A DNA stretch of 53,518 nt from positions 1 to 53,518 of IMG/VR virus record IMGVR_UViG_3300021373_003472; one strand, given 5' to 3'. Below the pieces are notes generated by a model. The model was given only the letters and a program-made list of their open reading frames with translations. It searched no databases and was not told where the DNA came from. How positions within the stretch are numbered: position 1 is the stretch's first letter; the number at the start of each line of letters is the position of its first letter. This stretch comes from a virus (Duplodnaviria > Caudoviricetes). Below are positions 1 to 9,828 of this stretch, piece after piece. The position numbers and the translations under genes are program-made.

Positions 1-185
1 TGTCTTTCTCCAAGTATGTAATTTTCACCTTGGACTAATTTGATTCTAATTCCGTCAAACATAAAACATCTAAATGGCTTATCCAAGTCTTCTATATAAG
101 TTTGTGTTTGCAAAGGAGTATCACTGTGAAAGTGGGTTTCCTTTAAATTTTGTACGTTTGTTTCTATTATTTTAAATTTTTTCAT
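1..185 (-). CDS. Partial hypothetical protein (runs off left edge)
   Basis: ATG at 185 overlaps the TAA of the upstream gene; manual translation MKKFKIIETNVQNLKETHFHSDTPLQ... stays open to base 1. Confidence 0.6.
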   Translation of the reverse strand, partial: MKKFKIIETNVQNLKETHFHSDTPLQTQTYIEDLDKPFRCFMFDGIRIKLVQGENYILGER

Positions 186-3100
186 TAATATGAAGTTAAA
201 TTATTTAATTCTGTGTTTGTGAAAGCTTTATCAAATACTGCTATAGTTTTAAATCTTCCAGAGCTATCTCCACTTCTATTTATTACTAATTTATCAAGTG
301 AGTCTACTGGTCTAGTATTAGTAAAGAAAAAATCAGAACCATTACAACTAATGTTGTAATCTAAATCCTTAATGCTTACAGCTACTTTAGCCATTTTATT
401 ACTATTAAAATAATCACTATTTATTACTATTTGGGGAAATGATACAAAAGAATTACCGGTAGAGGTAAATGCCTCCACCCGTACTAATGATCCGTTTGTA
501 GGAGTATAATTCATAACTATTTGAACATAATTAGTTTCATCTGAAGAATCAACTAATGCTATTGCAAAATCATTTGAAGTTGCACTACTACTATTAGCCA
601 TAGGTGTATAATTAAAAGCACCTTCTACATATAAAGTACCTTCTGTTAAAACCCCCCCAGGTAATGAAGAAGATAATGGAAAATCTGGTATTGCTGTATT
701 ATTTGAAGTAAAATGGAAAGGAACCATTCTAGCGTTTGAATTTATTGCAGAATTTAGACGTGGACTATTATTCCCCCAAACTAGCATACTTGCATTTCCA
801 TCAGCTGTAACTGTTTTAGAATTATCAGCATCTGCTATTCCTACAGTAAGACTACCTGAACCTAATCCAAAAAGTTCGAATTGCATTCCCACTCTTTTCC
901 AATTATCAGGAAAAGATTGGACATCAAAAACACCATCTAATAAGTTATTATCTGTTACACTTCCTGTAACTCCGTTAGTAATATCAAACCAACTAACACA
1001 ACTTCCGTTTTGAAAAGAAGCAGATATATATAACCAATCTGCTCCAGAAGAAGAAGCGAAAGTAGTATATTGGAAATTTGAATTATCTGTAACTGAAATA
1101 GTTTGGGTGAAAAATACTTCTTTACTTCCTCCTGAATTATCATCTGTTAATCTTGCAGCATTATTTTCTCCTTGAACAGGTCCCTGTGGGGTTGAAATTC
1201 CTGCAGCACTTTGTGTAAATACAGTATTTGAACCTGTTGAAAAAGTAGTAGAGTTATTTCTAAAAATAATACCATCAACCCACTTATTCACTGTACTAGT
1301 AGGGAAAAAATCTGGTACAAGACAAAAAGATCCTGACTTACCTAAATCTGTAGAAGAGTAATTGAGAGGTACTAACCCTCCTGTACTCCCTGTAATTACA
1401 TACCCTTCATCATTTATTCTAGATAGCCATTGAGGATATGCTGGTCTGTTAAATATACCTGTATCCATTATTAACATGTCACCAGCACTAGAAGAAGGAA
1501 TTAAACTTTGAATTGAACCCGAACTATATCCTGCTGCTACATATACAAGACTAGCTGAACTTAAAAAGTTATTATCTTCTAAAAATGTAGGAAACTCTTC
1601 TGATTCGGTTTGATTTTCAAAAAATGTAGCTCTTGACTCTAATGAAGAAAATAAATTTTGTATTTCATTTGGTGGGTTGGAATAATTTCTATCTAATACT
1701 TGTTCAAATGGTAAATCTTGAGTTGTTGTTAATTCAAAATTATCTAATCTTTCATTTTCATATTGTACTGAGATTAAAACTATATCTACTATAGTTCCTA
1801 CAGCTAAAGTAAAAGTAAATGATCTATTATCAGTTGTTCCATCTGTTGCATTTTCTATACCCGCTAATTCAGTTTGAGGCCCTGTTGTAGCAGAATCAAA
1901 TATTCTTACTTCGGTGTTATCTTTTAATCCTGTAATTGTAATTTCAACATTACTATTAATAGTTACTGAAGTTCCACCATTAACAACTGTTAAATTACTA
2001 GTTCCGCCCCCTAAAATATTTAATTCTAAATCACCAGTTGCCCCTGGTGGGTTAAAATACAGATCTGAATTATTTTGAAGAAATCCATCAGGGAATCCTG
2101 TAAATTTATTTCCAGTAAAATTATAGGAACCTGTTACAATTATTTCCATACCAAAAGATGATCCATCTCCATTAAAATTACAAAAACTAATTAATGAAGG
2201 GTCATCCACTACTATAACAGCTGGGTTGAGGCTATATGATGCTGTACTGTTAACATTATTAATAGTAGAAGTTGTTATAGAGGATCCACTTTGATAAACT
2301 ACATCACAGTTATTCCAAGTTGATCCTGTAACTTGTACATTTGCTTGTAAGGAAGTACGTCCTATATTATTAAATTGACAGTTTTCTATGGATCCAGTAG
2401 TAGAAGAATCATTAAATACAATTTGTCCTCTGTTATTAGTTCCTTCAGCTGTAAAACTTATACCATTAATATCAAAAAATGTAGAAGGATGGTCTACTAT
2501 AAGTTGAGTAAATTGATCTAATGATTTTGGAGTATCTTTAAATACAATATTTTTATTACTATCTGTAAAATAAGATTGGGTTGTATTAAAATTAGGATCT
2601 TGACCAATTACAAATCTGCCTTTATGGGAAAATCCACCTGGTATAGCTTCAAAAATTCCATATCTATTAGCATTAGAATCATTTACAACAGAAGCACTTT
2701 CAAATGTAATAGGAGTGGTAGCATCACCTTCAGTAATATACAATCCAGTACCATATCTCATAGCATCTAAAGCAAAATTTACACCCCTTGAAGTAGCAGT
2801 TACATCTGCTTGGCCCCCAAAAAATTGTGGGTTAGCACCAGGAGAACCTTGGGTGTTATCAGCAGTTGAAGATGTATGAACAGCATAATTATTCATACCT
2901 CCTTCTGGGAGGGTATCACTTCCGTTTACATACCATTCTCTATAAGCATTTGTACCTGTACCTATAGTTACTCTCAGACCCCCTAAACTTTGAATTTCTG
3001 TGATACCAGGAGTAGAACAAATCATCCAAATTAATATATGTTCATCTGCTCCTAAAGTAATAGTAGAACCAGTATCATAAACCATTCCTTTTAAAGAGTT

Positions 3101-3253
3101 AGATACCTGTTTATCAACTGCATTTGTACCTTGGATAGCAAAATCCACCCCAGCAGATAAACCAGCACCCCCACCCCCTAAGGCAGAGAAATCTGTTGTG
3201 GTTTCACAAAGATTTATATCTTTTAAATCGGTATCGTATACTCCTGCAGCCAA
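185..3253 (-). CDS. Large beta-rich virion protein (putative tail/fibre-associated); N-terminal half paralogous to 3512..5086
   Basis: 1022 aa, TTG start, G/S/T/N-rich; aligns by eye with the neighbour up to DRNYSNP; C-terminal extension looks like a beta-sandwich. Confidence 0.6.
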   Translation of the reverse strand: MAAGVYDTDLKDINLCETTTDFSALGGGGAGLSAGVDFAIQGTNAVDKQVSNSLKGMVYDTGSTITLGADEHILIWMICSTPGITEIQSLGGLRVTIGTGTNAYREWYVNGSDTLPEGGMNNYAVHTSSTADNTQGSPGANPQFFGGQADVTATSRGVNFALDAMRYGTGLYITEGDATTPITFESASVVNDSNANRYGIFEAIPGGFSHKGRFVIGQDPNFNTTQSYFTDSNKNIVFKDTPKSLDQFTQLIVDHPSTFFDINGISFTAEGTNNRGQIVFNDSSTTGSIENCQFNNIGRTSLQANVQVTGSTWNNCDVVYQSGSSITTSTINNVNSTASYSLNPAVIVVDDPSLISFCNFNGDGSSFGMEIIVTGSYNFTGNKFTGFPDGFLQNNSDLYFNPPGATGDLELNILGGGTSNLTVVNGGTSVTINSNVEITITGLKDNTEVRIFDSATTGPQTELAGIENATDGTTDNRSFTFTLAVGTIVDIVLISVQYENERLDNFELTTTQDLPFEQVLDRNYSNPPNEIQNLFSSLESRATFFENQTESEEFPTFLEDNNFLSSASLVYVAAGYSSGSIQSLIPSSSAGDMLIMDTGIFNRPAYPQWLSRINDEGYVITGSTGGLVPLNYSSTDLGKSGSFCLVPDFFPTSTVNKWVDGIIFRNNSTTFSTGSNTVFTQSAAGISTPQGPVQGENNAARLTDDNSGGSKEVFFTQTISVTDNSNFQYTTFASSSGADWLYISASFQNGSCVSWFDITNGVTGSVTDNNLLDGVFDVQSFPDNWKRVGMQFELFGLGSGSLTVGIADADNSKTVTADGNASMLVWGNNSPRLNSAINSNARMVPFHFTSNNTAIPDFPLSSSLPGGVLTEGTLYVEGAFNYTPMANSSSATSNDFAIALVDSSDETNYVQIVMNYTPTNGSLVRVEAFTSTGNSFVSFPQIVINSDYFNSNKMAKVAVSIKDLDYNISCNGSDFFFTNTRPVDSLDKLVINRSGDSSGRFKTIAVFDKAFTNTELNNLTSY

Positions 3254-3264
3254 ATTTCTTTATT

Positions 3265-3480
3265 TTACTTTTCGTCTTCTTGTACTCTTCCAGTATTCAT
3301 TTGTTCAGTTAATTTTCTAGAAATTTCAGCATAGTTAGTTTGGATTTCTTTAGAAGCTTTATCCATAAAAGGCATAATTTCATTAGTGAACTTAAATAAA
3401 TCGTTAGGAGAAACATTATAATCATATATTTTTGATTGTAATTCTCTTAGTTTTTGTGTTGCTAAATCTACGTTATTCAT
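3265..3480 (-). CDS. Hypothetical protein
   Basis: 71 aa ORF filling the gap, preceded by the TATTTATA motif. Confidence 0.65.
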   Translation of the reverse strand: MNNVDLATQKLRELQSKIYDYNVSPNDLFKFTNEIMPFMDKASKEIQTNYAEISRKLTEQMNTGRVQEDEK

Positions 3481-3500
3481 TTTATATTAATTTAATTGTT

Positions 3501-3508
3501 TATAAATA
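3501..3508 (-). promoter_or_regulatory. Putative late promoter TATTTATA
   Basis: 20 nt upstream of ATG 3480; recurrent motif. Confidence 0.6.
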
Positions 3509-3511
3509 TTT

Positions 3512-5086
3512 TTACGGGTTCAAATAATTTCTATCTGTTCTTTGAGATACTGGGAGATCTTGGGTTTGAGTTATTTCAAAATTACTAATTCGTTTATTTT
3601 GGAATTCTAAACTAATTAATACTATATCTACTACAATACCTATTTCTAATGTAAAAGGCCAACTACCTCCTGAAGTATTTTCTATGCCCGCTAATTCTAA
3701 TTGTCCACCACCAGGGTCTAATTCAGTTGTTGACAAGACTCTGATTTCAGTATTATCTTCAACTCCTGTTATAGTAATAGTTGCATTATTTTCTATGGTT
3801 ACAGTACCAGAAGAAGCATTTCTAAAATTAATGTTTGTACCTCCATTAGTAATTTGTAAAGTTAAATCACCTGTTCCTCCAGGAGGATTAAAGTATAAAG
3901 CTTCATTGGCATTAGAACCCGAATCAAAATTTGAAAATAAATTAGCATCAAATACATAACTTCCAGTTACAATCACTTCTATACCGTGTTTACTTCCTTC
4001 ATTATCGAATACACATTCTCTAATCAAAGATGGGTCATCTACCAGTATAGACGCACTAGCTCCAACAGTAGTTCTAAAGGAACTATCAAATAAATCAGAC
4101 CCACTTTGAAATACTGTATCACTAGAAACCCATCCTGAGCCTGAAGAGTCTACATTTGCTTTTAAAAATGTTTTACCTATTGTATTAAAATTACAGCTAA
4201 TAAAAGATCCAGTAGTAGTAGAATTATTAAATACAATTTGACCTGGGTTAAAAGTACTTACCCCTGTAAAATTAATACCTTCTGCTTTAAAGAATGTAGA
4301 TGGATGATCTATTATAATTTGTGTAAAATCATCTTTAGCGAACTCTGTCTCTAAAAAAGTAACTGCTGTATTAGAATCATCAAAATAGGATTGAGTAGTG
4401 TTTAAATTGGGGTCTTGACCAATTACAAATCTACCTTTTAAATCATACCCACCACCTCTTGTAGATAGTATCCCATATCTATTAGCATTAGAATCATTTA
4501 CAACAGAAGCACTTTCAAATGTAATTGGTTCCGTAGCATCACCTTCAGTAATATAAAAACCTGTACCTCTTCTAATAGCATCACAAGCAAAATTATCTCC
4601 TTTCGCTGTACCTACAGTAGAAGCTTGTGAACCAAAGTATCTAGGGTTTGCTCCGGGTGAACCGTTTGTAGCACTTGCAGATGTTGCTGAGTAGTATACA
4701 GCATAATTTCTCATTCCACCACCTGGGAGTGTATCTGAACCATTTACATAAAAATCATACCATGCTCCAGATCCTGCTATACTTGTTCCTATTGTTACTC
4801 TGACTCCTCCATTTGATTTAAGATCAGTAATACCAGGAGTTGCGCAAACAGTCCATACAAAGATATGTTCATCTGCTCCTAATGTTACTGTTGAACCAGT
4901 ATCATATAAAACACCCCTTCGGGTGTTATTAACCTGTCTTGTAATTGCGTTTGTTCCTTGGATTGCGAAATCAATCTCGGCTGAGTTAGCACCCCCACCA
5001 CCTGCTTGATTTACATCCTCCCAGTCAGTGTTAGTTTCTGCTAAATTTATTGTTATGAGATCAGTGTCATATACACCTGCAGCCAT
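3512..5086 (-). CDS. Beta-rich virion protein (putative, with beta-helix-like central region)
   Basis: 524 aa, paralog of 185..3253, ends DRNYLNP. Confidence 0.6.
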   Translation of the reverse strand: MAAGVYDTDLITINLAETNTDWEDVNQAGGGGANSAEIDFAIQGTNAITRQVNNTRRGVLYDTGSTVTLGADEHIFVWTVCATPGITDLKSNGGVRVTIGTSIAGSGAWYDFYVNGSDTLPGGGMRNYAVYYSATSASATNGSPGANPRYFGSQASTVGTAKGDNFACDAIRRGTGFYITEGDATEPITFESASVVNDSNANRYGILSTRGGGYDLKGRFVIGQDPNLNTTQSYFDDSNTAVTFLETEFAKDDFTQIIIDHPSTFFKAEGINFTGVSTFNPGQIVFNNSTTTGSFISCNFNTIGKTFLKANVDSSGSGWVSSDTVFQSGSDLFDSSFRTTVGASASILVDDPSLIRECVFDNEGSKHGIEVIVTGSYVFDANLFSNFDSGSNANEALYFNPPGGTGDLTLQITNGGTNINFRNASSGTVTIENNATITITGVEDNTEIRVLSTTELDPGGGQLELAGIENTSGGSWPFTLEIGIVVDIVLISLEFQNKRISNFEITQTQDLPVSQRTDRNYLNP

Positions 5087-5099
5087 ACTACTATTTTAT

Positions 5100-5107
5100 T
5101 ATAACTA
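5100..5107 (-). promoter_or_regulatory. Putative late promoter variant TAGTTATA
   Basis: One mismatch to the motif, 13 nt upstream of ATG 5086, just after a hairpin. Confidence 0.45.
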
Positions 5108-5115
5108 TTTTAAAG

Positions 5116-5142
5116 AGCAGTGGGGATTACCTCCCCACTGCT
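5116..5142 (-). terminator. GC-rich hairpin, probable intrinsic terminator
   Basis: AGCAGTGGGGA-ttacc-TCCCCACTGCT 11-bp stem downstream of 5166..6599; weak U-tract on the minus strand. Confidence 0.65.
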
Positions 5143-5165
5143 TTTATTTATTCTATTCTAACCTA

Positions 5166-6599
5166 TTAAGCTGGGTTAGAGTAGTTTCTTTCTAGTGCAG
5201 CAACAAAGTTAACTGAGTTGGCTGTACTTCTTGTCCAAGTACCTGTTACTACCGTATATTGAGCTGTTCCTAATCCTAAAGCAACTCCTGTAAATGGTAC
5301 ATCTTCTCCAGCAGAAGCTGCTCCCCTTTGTACATTACCATCATAATCATAGTTGAACTCAATTGAAGAACTTCCATCTACAGATCCTGTAATAGGTTGA
5401 TCACTGTTATCTTGGATAATAATTGCATCTTGGGTACCAAAATCTCTTCCTGTATCATCTCCTGCATTATCATTTGTGAAGAATAACTTGTAAATAGCAT
5501 CATTATCATCTGTTAAGTTAACATTGAATAATAAGTTACCTGCTGCTACGAAAGGATAACTATTTTCTGATCCACTATCATCTACAAATACTAAGTCGTT
5601 TGTGTCTGATGATTGGAATCCAATTAAGTTAACACCACCAGGTCCACTACCACTTACATCAGTTTGTAGTTTTGTTTTTAATGTAGCTCCAACGAATTCT
5701 AAAAGTTCTTCTGCTACCGAACCTGTTACCCCTTGTGCTAGGTTTGAACCAGAATCAATATTACTTGCTTGTCTTAGTTGATATTGTGTCCACTCATAAA
5801 TTTGTTGTAGTGAACCACTGTTACCATCCAATTGAACTTTAAATGGTCTAACACCACTACCAAAATCAACTGTAAATGATTCTGTAAAATATTCAAGAGA
5901 CATTCCATTATAAGGTGCAGATCCTGTAATAGTATCATCAGTAGCTGAAATGTTAAGATCTGTTTGTGTAGATAAAGGTAGGGCGAATTTTCTATATGTT
6001 AGAGCTGTTAAGTTCTGTTCTGTTAATAGATCATAGAAACCATAAGTAGCTCCTCTTACTCTTAAATAAATCTTAAAGAAATCTCTATAATCAAAGTTTT
6101 GACCATCATCAGAAGCAGAAGCATACAATCTAATACCTTGGTTAATAGGTCCAGGATAAATAGAATTAACAATCTCACCAGTTGTAGCTTCTTGATAATA
6201 ATAAGCAACATCTGCAGAACTTGAGAATGAACCTAAAGTTGTTAAGTTCATCCACTCTTCAGTATTACTACCAGAAGTGTTTACTACTGCCCATCCTCCA
6301 TCACGTACTAAATATTGTGAGGCACTAACATCACTAAGTGATCCTGAGAGGTTCCAAGTGTTAATAATTTCGAACTGTTCTGTCGTAATTGAAATTAAGG
6401 GGAAAGCAAATTTAACTAGGTTATCATCGTTTTTCCACTCTTCTTTTATAAAAGAGTAAAGTGCCTGCCATGTAACACCATTGTCATTTTCACCTTCTAG
6501 GTTACCAGATATATTTAATCTGATAAGTTTATCTGAACCTGTAAGGAATTCTACCTCTACGCCCTGGTTCAGCTGATCTGGATCTGTAATTCTTGCCAT
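5166..6599 (-). CDS. Putative virion structural protein
   Basis: 477 aa, acidic G/S/T-rich, followed by a hairpin, ends ERNYSNPA. Confidence 0.6.
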   Translation of the reverse strand: MARITDPDQLNQGVEVEFLTGSDKLIRLNISGNLEGENDNGVTWQALYSFIKEEWKNDDNLVKFAFPLISITTEQFEIINTWNLSGSLSDVSASQYLVRDGGWAVVNTSGSNTEEWMNLTTLGSFSSSADVAYYYQEATTGEIVNSIYPGPINQGIRLYASASDDGQNFDYRDFFKIYLRVRGATYGFYDLLTEQNLTALTYRKFALPLSTQTDLNISATDDTITGSAPYNGMSLEYFTESFTVDFGSGVRPFKVQLDGNSGSLQQIYEWTQYQLRQASNIDSGSNLAQGVTGSVAEELLEFVGATLKTKLQTDVSGSGPGGVNLIGFQSSDTNDLVFVDDSGSENSYPFVAAGNLLFNVNLTDDNDAIYKLFFTNDNAGDDTGRDFGTQDAIIIQDNSDQPITGSVDGSSSIEFNYDYDGNVQRGAASAGEDVPFTGVALGLGTAQYTVVTGTWTRSTANSVNFVAALERNYSNPA

Positions 6600-6610
6600 T
6601 TGTTATTTTT

Positions 6611-7159
6611 CTATTTTATGAGATTTGTTATTACTTCTGTTAATAACTCATTTGATTGTTTTATATCAAACTTTTTAGTGTATCTTTCAACTAATACAGC
6701 AGCTTCATCTAATTTTTCTTCTATATTAGTTTTGTTAATTCCTTTCATTTCTAATAATTTAGAAAGTCTTAAAGAATGAGGATTTTCTTCTTTCTTTTTA
6801 ACAGTATTAACTTTAACTGAAATTTTGTTTTCCTTGATTGGGGTTTTAGAAGAACTTAATACTTCAACTGTTACACGTTTATTAGTATCAACAATAAATT
6901 CATCTTCCCAAGGAGAAAAAAATGTATCTTCAGCTATAACTTCTAACTTCATAGTACCTTTAGTACCTTCAGCTAAAAGATTTTTCAGTTTATTAATAGG
7001 AATAGTACAAGTACCACTACTATCAATTGTACCTTCATATAATAAATTTACTTTATCACTATCTAATACTAATCTTGCTTTAGTATCAGATAAATTTGCA
7101 CCTTCTACATCGATGGCACATTTAAAGTTTTCAACTTTGTCGGTATATAAAGTATACAT
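6611..7159 (-). CDS. Hypothetical protein
   Basis: 182 aa ORF with upstream TATTTATA. Confidence 0.7.
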   Translation of the reverse strand: MYTLYTDKVENFKCAIDVEGANLSDTKARLVLDSDKVNLLYEGTIDSSGTCTIPINKLKNLLAEGTKGTMKLEVIAEDTFFSPWEDEFIVDTNKRVTVEVLSSSKTPIKENKISVKVNTVKKKEENPHSLRLSKLLEMKGINKTNIEEKLDEAAVLVERYTKKFDIKQSNELLTEVITNLIK

Positions 7160-7171
7160 TCAGAATTTTGT

Positions 7172-7179
7172 TATAAATA
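7172..7179 (-). promoter_or_regulatory. Putative late promoter TATTTATA
   Basis: 12 nt upstream of ATG 7159. Confidence 0.6.
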
Positions 7180-7193
7180 TATAAAAAAGCAAT

Positions 7194-8141
7194 TTAAGTT
7201 ACATCCTCTATATTAGTAGCGTTTCCTCTTACTGAAGTGCTTCTAAGGGTAGAAGATGGATTATAAACATCAGAATTTGATGTAGTTTCCATCTTAATAA
7301 TAACTTTAGATTTTGAGTTATATTTTTTGATAGCGGTAACATCTTTTTGGATTGTGTCAGGTATAATATATCCTCTTAAATTTATATCAAATGTTCCTCT
7401 TACTAGTCTATCTTGTCCTGCTGTTAATTCAGTAGCTGTAGTAAAACTATCAATTCTAGCTCTAAATTTAAATCTTTCAGGATTACCCCAATAAGAATCA
7501 GAAGCATATTCTATGGATTCAATTACTTTATTTAATTGTTCCATATAATAAGTTTGTATAATACAGCTATAATTTAGAGTAACATAATCAGGGACAGTTA
7601 CGGCATTAAATTGTTTTGCAGGAATTCTGTTATTTAAAGCTGCAAAATTTGAATAAGCATTTTTAGAGTTAAATGCTTTTTGGTAAGAACTATAAATATT
7701 AGGTTGATTAGCATCTATTTTATTAGCTACAGTTCTATCTTTTTCTATACTATCTCTTTGGATTATAATAATAGGTAGCATTACAGCACCTCCATTATCT
7801 CTATAATAACCATCTTTTTGAAATGATTTCCATCTTTCAGGAGAAGAATAAATTATGGGAATACTTCTTCTTTCACCATTTTGGTATACAAAAGGTTGGA
7901 TTACTTCATTAAAGTAATAAAAAACAGCTTCATCTAAATCTTGGATTCCAATTGAAAATGGTTTAGATGTATCATTTCTAAAACTTAATTTAGTAGATCT
8001 ATTAAACCCAGTAGCTGTTTCATCTTTATTAGTAGCAACTTGAGCATTAGGATTACCCCTTTCAAGATCAGTAGCTTTTTGTAAATCTACACTAATCTGT
8101 CTTTGTGTTTTTGGTATGGGTTTTCTATACTTAGTTGACAT
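7194..8141 (-). CDS. Tail terminator/sheath stabiliser, T4 gp15-like
   Basis: IPIIYSSPERW and LPIIIIQR motifs; synteny after gp13- and gp14-like genes. Confidence 0.6.
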   Translation of the reverse strand: MSTKYRKPIPKTQRQISVDLQKATDLERGNPNAQVATNKDETATGFNRSTKLSFRNDTSKPFSIGIQDLDEAVFYYFNEVIQPFVYQNGERRSIPIIYSSPERWKSFQKDGYYRDNGGAVMLPIIIIQRDSIEKDRTVANKIDANQPNIYSSYQKAFNSKNAYSNFAALNNRIPAKQFNAVTVPDYVTLNYSCIIQTYYMEQLNKVIESIEYASDSYWGNPERFKFRARIDSFTTATELTAGQDRLVRGTFDINLRGYIIPDTIQKDVTAIKKYNSKSKVIIKMETTSNSDVYNPSSTLRSTSVRGNATNIEDVT

Positions 8142-8671
8142 TAAAATCTTTCTTTATAAGGTGAAATATTAACTTTATCTCTTGGTATGTAATAAGTTTG
8201 ACAAATTATAGATAAATTAGCCCCAAAATTTTCTAAACCTGGATTTAATGGGTTTGGGCTACCATCTGATCCATTATTAGGGTAATCAGGGTTTTTACCT
8301 ACAAAATATTGGTTAGCTACTGTACTTTGTACTCCATAGTAACCATTTTGATATAAAATTATATCTCCTACTTCGGGTACTACATCTGCATCAACTAAAT
8401 CTTGTCTTAAAAAAGCAAATGAAATACCTTGAGCAAAATTAACCCCTTCACTTGATTCAGGGAACTGTTGGTCTTCTCTATCTATTAAACAATCAAATAA
8501 AAATGGACCATCATAATATTTTTCTCCAGCTGCTTCACCATATAAATTTACTTTTGTTTCTTCTAATTTATATTTGTAAATAGCAGCTTGTTGGGTAATA
8601 ATATCACCCATTAATTCACGGTTTAATCCTCTGATTAAACTGATGTCTCTATGTCCACCAAACATTGCCAT
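8141..8671 (-). CDS. Neck/head-closure protein, T4 gp14-like
   Basis: NLYGEA and PEVGDII motifs; position between gp13- and gp15-like genes. Confidence 0.55.
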   Translation of the reverse strand: MAMFGGHRDISLIRGLNRELMGDIITQQAAIYKYKLEETKVNLYGEAAGEKYYDGPFLFDCLIDREDQQFPESSEGVNFAQGISFAFLRQDLVDADVVPEVGDIILYQNGYYGVQSTVANQYFVGKNPDYPNNGSDGSPNPLNPGLENFGANLSIICQTYYIPRDKVNISPYKERF

Positions 8672-8672
8672 A

Positions 8673-9818
8673 TTATCCTATGTAAATGGTATAAGGAACT
8701 TGTTTAAGTTCTGTTTGTTTAAATTCGGCCTCTTGTGATCTCCTTTCCAATAATGCTTTACGAGAAGTTTCATCAAAATAACCTCTTAGTCTTTCTATTA
8801 AAGATGTTTTTTCTGCTGTTGCTGCTGTAATTAAATCTCCTTGATTTAATGATACTTCAGCATTTGGAATTGGAATACTACTGTATTTTCCTCTTACATA
8901 TCCTAACATTTCTTTTGATATAGCTAAAGTATATTCAAAAATCCATTGACGACCTACAGAATTTATACTTGCATAAGTTGGATTCTGATAAGGTACATCT
9001 GAAACATTAGATACTTTTCCAGGTTGATTATCAATACTTCCAGCAATTCTTTCATCTCTTTTAAGGTACTGAAACCATATATTAGCACTTCCTGATAATG
9101 GAATTGGGAATATTCTTAATTTATTATTATGGATTTCAAAACTATAATTTGATCTCCTAATTTGATCATTTAATTCAATTGCTTGAATTGTTTGTAAATC
9201 ATAATTTAAAGGCATCATTAAGAAATTGATAGCAGGAGAATATGAACCAAATCCAAAACTATCAAATAATGATTGATACCCAAACCCTGTTCCAGCATAT
9301 GGATCATAATATCTTACAATTGCAGGAGATTCTTCATAGAATACTTTTTTAATTTCTATACTACCAGTAATTCCTTGATCTATAGCCCATTGTTCTAAAT
9401 CGTAATCTTGTTGGCTTTGTGTAACAGGGACAGAACCTGAATACCAATTTACATTTCCTCCTGTGCCTGCTTCAGTTCCATATTGTTCAGATAATCTAAT
9501 TATAGATTCAAAACTAGGAGTTATAATAGCATTATTTACATCACTACTAGTTGGTAAACCTTCTAATGTTAATTGGTTATCTCTAATTTTGTAAGCATAC
9601 AATTCATTCCCATAAGTAGTAATTGCTTCTTCAAAAGCAGCATAAAAGCTTATGTCTTGTAATTCTACATCTACTAAAGGATATCCTAATCTTCTAGCAC
9701 AAAAATTTGCTACTTTATCAGCATCAGCTTGAAATTCTTGGTCATTATCATAAAACCCAAAAGGAGTTTCTCCTGGGAAAAATGATGATGAACCGGGCCA
9801 AATAGGAATGTTTGCCAT
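8673..9818 (-). CDS. Neck/head-tail adaptor protein, T4 gp13-like
   Basis: RRLGYPLVDVEL near the N-terminus and LGYVRGKY..IPIP..EVSLNQG near the C-terminus. Confidence 0.7.
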   Translation of the reverse strand: MANIPIWPGSSSFFPGETPFGFYDNDQEFQADADKVANFCARRLGYPLVDVELQDISFYAAFEEAITTYGNELYAYKIRDNQLTLEGLPTSSDVNNAIITPSFESIIRLSEQYGTEAGTGGNVNWYSGSVPVTQSQQDYDLEQWAIDQGITGSIEIKKVFYEESPAIVRYYDPYAGTGFGYQSLFDSFGFGSYSPAINFLMMPLNYDLQTIQAIELNDQIRRSNYSFEIHNNKLRIFPIPLSGSANIWFQYLKRDERIAGSIDNQPGKVSNVSDVPYQNPTYASINSVGRQWIFEYTLAISKEMLGYVRGKYSSIPIPNAEVSLNQGDLITAATAEKTSLIERLRGYFDETSRKALLERRSQEAEFKQTELKQVPYTIYIG

Positions 9819-9828
9819 AATTTATATT

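Noticed and set aside
955-1143. 62-aa minus-strand ORF inside the 1022-aa gene
   Set aside because: Out-of-frame nested ORF with no independent support
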